Positions 52,442-61,434 of a stretch of 64,000 nucleotides of DNA are shown piece by piece. The stretch is from assembly GCA_963744995.1 (NCBI GenBank), contig CAVUWA010000009.1, forward strand, positions 519,719 through 583,718. Direction: 5' to 3'. Each line of letters begins with the position of its first letter. Within the stretch, counting starts at the first letter, position 1. A program made the position numbers and the translations under genes. This stretch comes from Candidatus Eiseniibacteriota bacterium (GTDB lineage Bacteria > Eisenbacteria > RBG-16-71-46). The notes under the pieces are model-generated. The model made no database searches. It saw only the letters and a program-made list of their open reading frames with translations, and was not told where the DNA came from.

Positions 52442-52563
52442 CGCGCGGCGCCCTCCCTGGCCTTCCGGGAGAATGCCCGCTCCGCTCGCTCATGTCCGAA
52501 TCGAGAGGACGGTGCGCAAGACTGGGTGTCGCCTTACGGAGAAGCTATGCTGTCGCGCGAACA

Positions 52564-53093
52564 GTTGCCCGAGTGCGAGACCAGATCGATCTCGGTGAAG
52601 CCGGGGCTGCTGCGGACGTCCCAGTGATCGGTCTTGATCGGGATGTGGTGCTTGAGCAGCGTTCCCGGATTGGTGCGCCCGTACATGCGGCGACGCAGAT
52701 CGCTCTTGCGCGGCTTGAGGCGGCGGTCGATCTGCCGCGGACTGATCGCCAGCAGTTGCCGTTCGGTCTCGGCCGAAATCGCCATGCGCTTGCTCAGCCA
52801 CGGCAGCCAGGTCGGCAGCAGCGCCTTCAGGCGCACCGACCACGGGTAGCCAGCGGTTTCCCAGATCTTGACCAGCGCCTCGATGACCGGCCGGCCATAG
52901 CTCGGGCCCGCGACCGTCGCGGGCCCGGTCGAGCCTCGGGGCGCGGCCTGGCCAGAAGCCGGATCGCGTACTTGCGGTGGTAGCCGCAGACGCTGCAGAA
53001 CTCGTCCAGGATCGCCCCCTTCACTTCGGGCTTGCTGCGCTGGTAGCGGGCGTGGATGGCCCGCAGGTATTCGCGTCGTCCCATGCCTGTCAT
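52564..53093 (-). pseudogene. ISNCY-like (integrase-core) transposase, frameshifted (~52908) and truncated by the IS21
   Basis: RREYLRAIHARYQ...ILDEFCSVCGYHRKYAIRLL, then YPWSVRLKALLP...QIDRRL...LLKHHIPIKTD..PGFTEIDLVSHSGN at the IS21 boundary. Confidence 0.8.
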
Positions 53094-53114
53094 CTCCCAG
53101 GACCCTCCCCTCGG

Positions 53115-53174
53115 AGGGTTACCTATCAGATGGCGCGACGATCCACCTCAGGGTTACATCTTAGACGGCGCGAG
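53115..53174. repeat. Two imperfect 25-bp direct repeats (35-bp period), probably the end of the ISNCY-like element
   Basis: AGGGTTACCTATCAGATGGCGCGAC (53115) and AGGGTTACATCTTAGACGGCGCGAG (53150). Confidence 0.55.
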
Positions 53175-53274
53175 ACGCGGGCTTGACGTTGCTGACAAGG
53201 AAGAGGGACTATCCGCTCATCTGGAGTTTTCCGTTGGGTATTGACTTGTTGTCTTGTGACTTGAGGAGGGCTCG

Positions 53275-53832
53275 GTGATCAGATATCTGTTCTGCGCACT
53301 CGGCGTCGCAGCAATCGTCTCCTGCAGCACCGTGCACGCTGAGGAGGAAGGTTCACAGGTAGTAAAGGTGCAGGAACCCACGAAGTTGAATGCAGTGTAT
53401 CTAGTAGATAGTCTGGGAGCACTCCACCCTCTCGAAGCAGCCACCTTCCAGTCAAAGGCCAGCGCCAAACTCCTCGGCGGAGCCAAGGTGACGACCGAGC
53501 TTCGTGGTGCCCAATCGGATGTGCGGTGTTCGACCGGAACCAATCTCGCCTTTGTTGTCCAGCTTGCGAACGGTGTGGACCCGGGCACATGGGTACTGTA
53601 CTCGTTGGAATCCAAGAAGAAGAAGAGAGAGGTCATCCTTTCTACTTCAACCTCCATGGGCCTCGGAGAGAAGGCGGGTACCGGATCCGTACCGTATGAC
53701 GTTGTTAAGTATGGTCTGTCATCGTACAAGTACACACCCAGCGACCCTCTTCCTCCAGGCGAGTACGCGTTTGGTCGCCCGGGCTTCGGCGATGCATTCG
53801 CTTTCGGGGTCAATGGGGCATCCGTCAAGTAG
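53275..53832 (+). CDS. Hypothetical secreted protein (low-GC cargo)
   Basis: GAGGAGG RBS; signal peptide; visibly lower GC; 'PLPPGEYAF' Ig-like end. Confidence 0.65.
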   Translation: MIRYLFCALGVAAIVSCSTVHAEEEGSQVVKVQEPTKLNAVYLVDSLGALHPLEAATFQSKASAKLLGGAKVTTELRGAQSDVRCSTGTNLAFVVQLANGVDPGTWVLYSLESKKKKREVILSTSTSMGLGEKAGTGSVPYDVVKYGLSSYKYTPSDPLPPGEYAFGRPGFGDAFAFGVNGASVK

Positions 53833-53875
53833 AATGACGTTGGCCCCTTTTCGAGACAGCTCTCAGCCCGATCGG

Positions 53876-54225
53876 CTACCTCCCCGGCCCCTGCGCCGCC
53901 TGCCACCGCTTCAGCCCCAGTTCCGAAAACCTCAGCGCCTTCCGCGACAGCCGCCGCGCAAACGGCAGCCGCCCGCGTGCCGATACAGCCACCGGGCCGT
54001 CACGCCGAGCCTCTCCGCGGCATCGTCCACGGAAATGAGCCGATCCTCTTCCGCCCGGCGCGAAGCCGAAGCGCGCTGCCCCGCCGAGGCCACACGCACG
54101 GCAAGGTTCGCCTGGATCGCCGCGACCTGAGCGAGCAGCAGCGCGGCCTCCTCGACGCTCAGGGCGTTGATCCGCCCGGGGTCGGCGAGGACGCTCGCAA
54201 GCAGCGTGCTGTGATCGGCGGTCAT
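53876..54225 (-). CDS. Excisionase/AlpA-like HTH protein (one frameshift ~53973)
   Basis: 'DRLISVDDAAERLGVTARWLYRHA' continues in another frame as 'RLPFARRLSRKALRFSELGLKRW'; AGGAG RBS; ATGA overlap with upstream gene. Confidence 0.75.
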
Positions 54226-55083
54226 CGGAACTCCTGATTCTCTGAAAGACCCCCACGCTCTTCGAGCGCAGGCGTTGCACTATCAGCACTTACAGGCCGG
54301 GGCCTCCCCTCACCGCAAGGGGAGGTCGTGAGGGGACCACGCAACTCGGCAATGAGCGCCCGCAACTGCCGCTCGGGCCCCTCTTCTAGCGTCCACATGA
54401 GTGACAAACCGTCCCACTCCCGGGCGAGCAGCGCCTCGATCTCGCCCTGCCGCCGATCATCACCAAGCGCCAATCCGAGGCCAAAGTCCCGCCAACCGAA
54501 CAGTCCCGCCGGGTGCCCCAGCGCCTCGGCGTAGGCGCGCAGCTTGGCCCTGAGCACGCGCAGCGGCTCGGTCGCGAGATCCACCTCGACAGCGAGCGGC
54601 ACCCGGCCACTGCCGATCGCCAGCACTGCGAACAGGTCGGGCACGATCGGCAACCCGCGGTCGCCGAACTCGGCACGCAGTTCCCAGTCAGGCCGCGGCG
54701 AGTTCGAGCGCAAGACCCTCGGCCCGCGCCGCAGCAAGACCCACCCACGTCTGCACGATGCCCAGGTGATGCGCGAGCCCGCCCCGAGGCACCGGCAGCA
54801 CCTGCTCACCAGCCTCACGCACCAAGTCGCGCCCGCGCGGACCCAGGCTGTAGACGTTCGGCGACGTGCGATCGGCCGCAGTGACCTCGAGGTATCCAGC
54901 GTCGAACAGCACCCGCAGCCTGGCCGCGACAGTGTCCTTCCGAACGCCGGGGAAGCACAGAGCCGCAATCTCCGCCGTTCGTGCAATCCGAAGCCGCGCG
55001 AGCGCGGTCAGCATCTCGACGTCGCGCGGCTGCAGTCGGACGCTGACTCCTCGGCGGCGGCGTTGTCTTGGTTGACGGCTCAT
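54222..55083 (-). CDS. Replication-relaxation (Replic_Relax) family protein (one frameshift ~54696)
   Basis: 'LQPRDVEML..LARLR...RLRVLFDAGYL...YSLGPRG...LAHHLGI' then 'IVPDLF...LAVEVDLATE...LRAKLRAY'. Confidence 0.8.
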
Positions 55084-55092
55084 CTCGCTACC

Positions 55093-55410
55093 TCACACAT
55101 GCAAGGGATTCCGAATCGGCAATTGACAGGTTCCGCACGGCGTCCAGCCGGCCGATTGCCCGCAGACACTGCAGCGGGCGAACACCCATCCTTCGATGAA
55201 AGCCCCGCAACGGCACTCGAAGACGCCGTACATCGGCGTGGCGTGCCCCCGTGGGCAGCACCGGGTCTCCGCCATTACGTGGCGCCATCGGCACATGAGG
55301 ATTCCGGTTCGCCAGCTGGCCATTGTTCCAAGCCACATCGTTTCCGCGACCCAGCCCAGAATCCGCGCGATCGTGACGAGGATCCGCAGCGCCCATCGCA
55401 GTTCCTTCAC
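55093..55410 (-). CDS. Small Cys-rich (zinc-ribbon-like) protein
   Basis: CPRGH, CRCG, CSVCG, CGTC motifs; GAGGGG RBS. Confidence 0.65.
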   Translation of the reverse strand: MKELRWALRILVTIARILGWVAETMWLGTMASWRTGILMCRWRHVMAETRCCPRGHATPMYGVFECRCGAFIEGWVFARCSVCGQSAGWTPCGTCQLPIRNPLHV

Positions 55411-55422
55411 GGTGCGTCCCCC

Positions 55423-56988
55423 TCACCCGAGCCGCCGGTGGCGGCGTCGAGCGTTCGGTTCAATCACCGGGGCGTCGGTCTCGCGGTTCATCCCGATGCG
55501 CTCCCATTCCGCGGCGGCATGGGCTTCAAGTGCGGCGCGGTCCATCGACACGACACCACGCCGAATCGCGGCCCGCACCTCCTCGCCGAGCTGTGCAGCG
55601 GTCTCCCGAAGCGCGGCAATGTCGAGACGAGGCGAGCGCACATGCTGCGCTCGGAACGGCGCCTGCTTGAGCCACAGGAGATACTCGCGATCGGGCATCT
55701 GCGTCAGTTCGGTTACAAGCCCAAGCCGCGTTTCCGCGGCGTTCTTCTGTCGCGGCGGTACCGGGAGCGCGTGCACCAGCGTCCTCGCATCCTCGAGATT
55801 CGCGCGGAATGCGCACTCGATGCCCGCGTTAGTCCGCAGCACCTTCACCAATGTCGAATCCACCGCAGCCAGCTGCGCGGGTTGCTGATTGATGAGCGTG
55901 ATTCCACATCGCTTGTGCCTTGCCAGCGCCAGCAGCCTCGCGAACTGCTCGGCCTGTCCGCCTCCCAGCGCCTCCTGGACCTCTTCGAAAATCACCCAGG
56001 TCTGCGGCGTTCGATCGGTGACCGGGCGCGAAAGCACCGCCCGCGTGATCCGGCCCGTCAGGATGCCGGCCCAGAATCGCTGCGCCCGCTCCGCTCCTGC
56101 CGGCGGGCTGCCGAGATCCACGATCGTCAAGCCCGACTCGAGCGCCTCGCCGAAGTTCACGCACTGCGGCGCAGCCAACGCCAGCTTCACCTCGTCGAGA
56201 AACAAGAACGTGTCGAGCCGCGCGAGCAGAGCGTCCACGGCCGGGCGGCTCTCGCGTGCGAAGCCCGACCGCGAGTATTCACGCACCACGGCGTCGTTCG
56301 AGCGCCGCGCATCGCGGGCGAACGCCTCGGGCGACTCGAGCCAGCGCTGAATCGCGGTCAGCGGGTAGTTGAGCTCGATCGCCAGCGCGCACAGGCGCAG
56401 GAACACCCGCGTCATGCGCGAGCCCAGATCATCGGCGAGCGCGTCTTCGAGCGCGGATGCGAGATTGAAGGCTTGAATCGCCCGCGGGACGCCCGGCTCG
56501 GCTTCAGTGACCCTGAGCATCGGCAGGTCATGCCCGAACGGGCGGATGATGCGCAGAAGATTGAGAAGTCGCTCACCGCCGCGGATACGCAGCAGGGCTG
56601 GCACGAGCAACTCGATGACGAGTTCCGACAACTCGCTCTTGAGATCCACGACGACAACCGGGAATCGCCCGTCGCGGAGCACCTGCAGCAGACAGGCGAG
56701 AATCATGAAGCTCTTGCCTGAACCGGTCGCGCCAGTGACCCAGCCGTGCTTTCCGAGGAACGCCTCGAAGGGCAATCCGCACCAGAAGGGCGTACCGGAG
56801 ATGTCGCGTGCTCGGCCGAGCAGGATACGCCGGTCATTGGGTTCGCAGGCCATGGCGGCGCGGAAGCGCGCAATGTCTTCATGGTCGCGCGCGTAGGCCT
56901 CGGCGAGCGTGCGGGCCTGCCAGTCGCGCGCGCGCTCGGTTTCGTCGCCGCGGATCAAGCGCCGCAAGAAGTGCGAGCCGCGGGACAT
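55423..56988 (-). CDS. VirD4/TrwB/HerA-like P-loop ATPase (putative coupling protein)
   Basis: GGAGGAGG RBS; 'KHGWVTGATGSGKS' Walker A; 'VVVDLKSE'; 'VIFEEVQ' Walker B; 'ARHK..GITLINQQPAQL'. Confidence 0.8.
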   Translation of the reverse strand: MSRGSHFLRRLIRGDETERARDWQARTLAEAYARDHEDIARFRAAMACEPNDRRILLGRARDISGTPFWCGLPFEAFLGKHGWVTGATGSGKSFMILACLLQVLRDGRFPVVVVDLKSELSELVIELLVPALLRIRGGERLLNLLRIIRPFGHDLPMLRVTEAEPGVPRAIQAFNLASALEDALADDLGSRMTRVFLRLCALAIELNYPLTAIQRWLESPEAFARDARRSNDAVVREYSRSGFARESRPAVDALLARLDTFLFLDEVKLALAAPQCVNFGEALESGLTIVDLGSPPAGAERAQRFWAGILTGRITRAVLSRPVTDRTPQTWVIFEEVQEALGGGQAEQFARLLALARHKRCGITLINQQPAQLAAVDSTLVKVLRTNAGIECAFRANLEDARTLVHALPVPPRQKNAAETRLGLVTELTQMPDREYLLWLKQAPFRAQHVRSPRLDIAALRETAAQLGEEVRAAIRRGVVSMDRAALEAHAAAEWERIGMNRETDAPVIEPNARRRHRRLG

Positions 56989-56989
56989 G

Positions 56990-57362
56990 TTAGTCCTCCT
57001 CCAACGTGAGCACGGGGTCTGGATCCGCCGGCAGTTCCGGGGCGGCAATGGGCGGCACGCCTTCCGCTGGGCGACGCACAGCGAGTCGCTCCTGGCGCTC
57101 CTGATCGGTGCGCTCACGGCTGTTGCGTCCGCCGCGGCCGGTGATGAACTGCTGGGCACGGACGCCGAGACCGATGATGAAGGCCATCGTCATGAGTCCC
57201 ACGATGACGTCCGCAAGCAGCCCGGGGACCCCATTCGTGACCGCCGCACCTGCGCTCGCTCGCGCCGGCGCGCACGAGCCCAAACACGAGTCCGAACAGG
57301 AACGAGAGGACGACCAGCGCCACCAGCAACTCGAATACGTGCCGAAGCAGGCGCTCGATCAT
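56990..57362 (-). CDS. Two-TM membrane protein (one frameshift ~57258)
   Basis: Joins track ORFs 57114-57362 (first TM) and 56990-57283 (second TM and tail); ATGA overlap upstream and stop 1 nt before the ATPase ATG. Confidence 0.6.
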
Positions 57363-58107
57363 CGCCCCACCTCGTTCCGGAGGAGGTTGCCGTACATCTG
57401 CCCCGCCGCGAGTGGAGGCATGCCTTCACCGAGCGGCACGCCGTTGAGGCGAATCTCGAAATGGAGTTCCGACCAGGGGCCATCGCGGTAGGCGTGGCTG
57501 GTTCCTGAGGAACCGGCCTTGCCGATCAACTCGCCCTGGCTCACACGGACCCCGGGCCTGATGTCGGGACTAACTGCCCCGAGATGCGAGTAGCTCGTCG
57601 TGAGCAGCTTCCCCTCCCGCATGCCGTGGCAAAGTGTCACGCGCCGGCCGTGCAGCACGCTGAGCACCTCGGCGGGCGTCTCACCCAGTTGCCTGCAATA
57701 GCCCAGTAGCTCGTTGCGCCGCGCTTCCGGAAGATCCGGCTCGTCGTCGACGGACAGGACCCAGCCATCCGAGGCGGCGACAACGGGCGTGCCCGGAAGG
57801 CAAGAGAAGTCGACGCCCTCGTGGTCGCCGCCGCGGTAGGCGCGCCGTGCGCCGGGAAGGAGCGCCAGGTTCGTCGGAACGTGGGCGCCTGCGATTGGGG
57901 TCTCTAGCGAGAACGATGGTGTGCGCTATCTCCGACCGGCGAGGACGCGCGCTCGGTTAGCGTCGGCGTCCTCGCGGCGCCCGGGCGCGACCTGGCCATG
58001 AAGATGCGGGCGCCGGCGAACTGAGCGACGAAGCCCGCGCCGATCAACAGCCAGGGCAATAGAGCCCGCAGCGCCGGCGCCTGCAACTGGGTGAAGTCAA
58101 TCCACAC
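57359..58107 (-). CDS. Membrane-anchored M23 family peptidase (frameshift ~57925; start approximate)
   Basis: N-terminal TM; manual translation 'LLPGARRAYRGGDHEGVDF...GTPVVAASDG', 'YSHL...VSQGELIGKAGSSG...ELHFEIR'. Confidence 0.8.
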
Positions 58108-58819
58108 GGGCGAGGTACTCCGGGGCAACGCGCAGCCGCTGTCCCGTTGGGAGAATGACTTCGGTTCTTCCACCTCGATTCCGGACGAAGTACACCTTGT
58201 CGCCGGGCTGAAGCGTTACGAGCAGGCCTTGGTCGTCGCTGGAAAGGGTTCGCCTGACCACGGCCGCTCCGTGGTTGTTTGTCCCGATGCCCGCCAAGAA
58301 CGCGCCGAACACCCAGCCTCGGGTGCCGGACGTCGTGATCGCGGCGAACCAGCCGTCGCGCTCCTCGTGAAGGGCGAGCCTCTCGCCCGGGTTGAGCCGG
58401 GCGGCGACGGGAAACGTGAGGCCGGGGCCGGTTCGGAAGTTGACGTTGATGCCGTTGACGAGGGCCCCGCCCGCGGGCAGGGACATCGCATCAGTGGGCA
58501 GCTCGTGCGTCCGCCCTTGCCCTGAAGAGACAATGCTGCCGGCCACGAGAGCCCCGAGCAGGCCAGAACCCAGCGCAGTCATGAACAGGCCCAGGATGAA
58601 CGGCGCCCTCGAAGGTCCTCGAGCTGGAGCAGCGGGCGGTGTCTGGATCTCGCGGCGTGGCTGCGGGCGCTGGGGCGCTGGGCGCGGTCCCCGTGGCGCT
58701 GGCGCAGCCGGGCGTGCGGCCGCGGGCGGATCCGGCTGCCCCCCGAGTGCCCGCACGGCCTCGGGAAGAAGGTCGCCTTCATCGTTCGCAAGCCAGTCCA
58801 GATTGGGATCGACGGTCAC
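58097..58819 (-). CDS. Bitopic membrane protein with Pro-rich N-terminus and bacterial SH3 domain(s)
   Basis: GTGA overlap with E1 stop; TM; 'VNFRTGPG...LNPGE...DGW...GTRGWV'. Confidence 0.8.
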   Translation of the reverse strand: MTVDPNLDWLANDEGDLLPEAVRALGGQPDPPAAARPAAPAPRGPRPAPQRPQPRREIQTPPAAPARGPSRAPFILGLFMTALGSGLLGALVAGSIVSSGQGRTHELPTDAMSLPAGGALVNGINVNFRTGPGLTFPVAARLNPGERLALHEERDGWFAAITTSGTRGWVFGAFLAGIGTNNHGAAVVRRTLSSDDQGLLVTLQPGDKVYFVRNRGGRTEVILPTGQRLRVAPEYLARVD

Positions 58820-59948
58820 GACGGCACCTCTGACGGCGACTGGTAGCCGCATACGGGACAGGGTTCGTCGCGTACCACCCGGGCATGAATGAGATCGAAC
58901 GGGGCGCGGAAGAGGTCCGCGTAGGCGTCGCGCGGGCGGCTGCCGCCGTGCACGAGCGTGAATGCGTGGCCGTCGTCGAGGAGTTGGGCCCGGCTCCCGT
59001 CGGGATCCAGCACTGCAAGCGCGTAGGCGGCCGCGACGGAGGCCACGTAGGCGATGTCGGCGCCGAGGCCGGGCTCGGCCTCGAGACGGTTCTGGTCGGC
59101 GTCCTGGTAGGCCTGGCGACGCTCCTTGAGCGCCACTCCCTCCACGGCACCTGCTCGGAACCCGACCGCGCAAAAGAGGCACGGTCCCAAGCCGGGCCGC
59201 ACGACGAGTACTTCCCCGCCGCAGGCTCGCTCGAAGGCTCCCGCGAAGACCGCGGGGATCTTGTTGCGAATGACGGCCTCGTTCACAACGAACTGCGCGT
59301 GCGGTGAGTCCATGGTCGCGAGCACCAGGTCACTGCCCTTGAGAAGCAAGTCGAGTTGGCGGTCGGTCAGGGCCGTGACGTCGGTCGTGACGCCGAGGGC
59401 GTCAACCCCATGGAGCGAAAACTGCTCAGCGACCGCGAGGCTCTTCTCGCGGCCGAGATCAGTCATGCCGCAGATGTGCCGTGACAGATTGGCGTGTCTC
59501 AGCGATCCCTGTCGTAGACCCGAATGTGGCCGACACCAGACTCGGCGAGCGGCAGTCCAGCCCCGCCTCCGAGGCTGCCGGCGCCAAACACGTCTACGCG
59601 GAACTTGCCGAGCCCATCCTCTGGAACCAGACCACGCCGGCGGTCGAGGATGCTCTTGGAGCCGGAGAGCATGAGGATCTCGTCTGGAGGCCCGACGAGC
59701 CCGTCGACTTCGACCAGGATCTCTCGATCGTCAATCGACAGCGCGACGGCATTTGGACCGGCGTGGCGTGCCGGGTTGATCCGCCCGACCCGACCGAATA
59801 TCCCGGGCTCAACCCGGTCGCTGAGAATCTGGACTAGCCCCTCAGCGGGCCGAGCGACGCCAAAGACTGGCCGCGACGCGCCGGAGGAGGCCGCGCGTGC
59901 GACGGCTTCTCCGTTCACCACGAGAGTCGTGCGCCTCTTCACCTGCAT
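58816..59948 (-). CDS. ThiF/MoeB/E1-like adenylyltransferase (one frameshift ~59502)
   Basis: GGAGG RBS; 'VFGAGSLG...LAESGVG...YDRDR|LRHANLSRH...DLGREK', 'DLVLATMDS', Zn-binding CLFC and CPVC. Confidence 0.88.
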
Positions 59949-60469
59949 GTGATGCCTCCTTCTGAGCGGCATCCATGCCAGTGAGCGCTTCCGTGATGCG
60001 CGGGTCGTTGTCGGGAACGATATGCAGCGGGATCTCTTGGAACTCGAGGTCATCGCGCGTCATCAAGTAGGCGCGGAATCGCACCCTGCCTTCCTCGATG
60101 ACACCGATCGGGAAGACCACCGCTGGCGAGTCCCATTCATCGTCGCTGACGATGCGGCGCGCCGTGTCCAGGTCGTGGCTGCTCGGCTGGTCGAATGAGC
60201 CCGGGTGGATGTGCCAGTCGGATACGTAGATCAGGTGCGGCCAGCGGCGCTTGATCACGTCCACGATGCCCTGCTGCCACTCGGTATCCGGGCTGTAGTG
60301 AGCCCGGGCTCCATGGGGCGGGCCCTGCGGGGACATTGATGACCTTGATGATCTCCTGCTCCCGATGCACACCCAGGCCGGTACCGCCGGTTTCAGTTCC
60401 ACTGTGTGAGAGAGCTTCAGCCACCATCGCCCGGTAGTCGGAGCGCGAGATGATGTAAGCGCGCGACAT
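59842..60469 (-). CDS. JAB/MPN+ (JAMM) metallo-isopeptidase (one frameshift ~60320)
   Basis: 'ETGG' catalytic Glu; 'PAGP'; 'WHIHPGSFDQPSSHD' (HxH-x7-S-x2-D); TGATG overlap with E2 stop. Confidence 0.88.
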
Positions 60470-60857
60470 CAGAACTTCTCTCCGGTACGCAGCCAGGCCT
60501 CGTAGGCCACGAGCCAGGCCGCGATCAAACCGACTTCCCCAACAGCGGTCGCGAGTTCCACATTCCAGTTGGCCTTGTGCATGCACAAGCTGCCGTCGGC
60601 GTAGACGTGTGGGGCTCCCGCCGCGAGGGCGGGGTACTCGACACGAAGGCTCGGCTCCCGATACGGGTACTCGGCTGGGTAGGTCACCGAGACCAGGTAC
60701 TCGGTGCTGCCAGTCGGACTCAGGATTCCCACCACCGAAGCACGCCCGCCTTGGATCGGACGAGGCGAAAGCCAGGAAATCTCTGCTTCATCAGCGCCGT
60801 CTCGGCGATGAGCCGCGACGTCCAGCGCCGCTGCTGATACCAGGTTCTGGTGCTCAT
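60469..60857 (-). CDS. E2/UBC-like ubiquitin-conjugating fold protein (one frameshift ~60730)
   Basis: AAGGGGAG RBS; MSTRTWYQQ..RLIAETALMKQRFPGF...W|GIL; 'YPAEYPYREP' and 'APHVYADGSLCM' (E2 active-site Cys context); 'W......AAWL..YE.W..TG'. Confidence 0.82.
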
Positions 60858-60873
60858 GCTGGCTCCCCTTCTT

Positions 60874-61014
60874 GACCACGGCGGCGACGTCCAGCGTGGC
60901 GGCCGTGGCGCCGGTCACAGCGTCGGCGGACGACGTTCAGGGCAAACCGACCGCGCCTTCCGTACCCTGGCCCACCGGCCAGACCGCCACCGCCGTGGTC
61001 TGGATCACCTCCTT
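60874..61014 (-). promoter_or_regulatory. Structured intergenic element: extended SD-like sequence followed by a long imperfect hairpin
   Basis: Minus strand AAGGAGGTGATCCAG (61014-61000), then arms GACCACGGCGGTGGCGGTCTGG.. and ..CTGGACGTCGCCGCCGTGGTC that pair with G-U wobbles. Confidence 0.55.
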
Positions 61015-61018
61015 GGTC

Positions 61019-61195
61019 CTACGCCGCCCCGAACGTCCGGGGGTTGAGCTTCGTCGGCTTGGCTGCAGGTTCGGCCGACTCTGCCGCGCCCTGCGGCGGG
61101 ACTTCCCTCACCCGTCCCGTCGGCCTCGACCTGGACCTCGCGGTCGCGGTTTGCCCGACGACGGTGTCGCGAAGACGCCGAAGTGATTCGTTCAT
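61019..61195 (-). CDS. 58-aa peptide, candidate modifier/substrate of the E1-E2-JAB cassette
   Basis: GGGAGGT RBS before ATG 61195; MNESLRRLRDTVVGQ...AAKPTKLNPRTFGAA; first gene of the operon. Confidence 0.6.
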   Translation of the reverse strand: MNESLRRLRDTVVGQTATARSRSRPTGRVREVPPQGAAESAEPAAKPTKLNPRTFGAA

Positions 61196-61434
61196 GGGCA
61201 CCTCCCGTGGTCGCCGCCTCTTCTGGGACCGCCACCTGGCGCTTAGAATCGAGGCGTCTCAACGCCACACCGCAATTAAACGAGAGGCGAACCGTGACAA
61301 ACCGCTTCAAAACGCGCCCCAGTTCACTCCGCCTTGGAGGCGAACGGGATCCGTCCGAGAAGACCCTGTAAATCCCGGCTGTCTCGGCGCTGGCGACTCT
61401 CTGGAAAGAGGAGTTTCCAGACGGGTGGATTGGC

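Larger units (their letters stand above)
50268..52563 (-). mobile_element. IS21-family insertion sequence (istAB)
   Basis: Both ends start TGT and share GGCGACACCCAGTYTTGCGCACC exactly 30 nt inside, in inverted orientation; GCGACA boxes repeated; contains istA and istB; no target duplication seen. Confidence 0.9.

Noticed and set aside
53115..53174. CRISPR array
   Set aside because: Only two degenerate copies with a 10-nt gap and no cas genes; consistent with IS-end binding sites. No CRISPR array was seen elsewhere in the window.
58816..60857. CBASS (Cap2/Cap3), or ThiF/MoeB cofactor biosynthesis
   Set aside because: No CD-NTase or effector gene and no ThiS/MoaD or thiamine/molybdopterin genes nearby; E1 and E2 are separate genes embedded among transfer genes.
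61000..61014. 16S rRNA gene fragment (CTGGATCACCTCCTT on + strand)
   Set aside because: Only 15 nt match and no further rRNA similarity; better read as an extended SD-like sequence on the minus strand.
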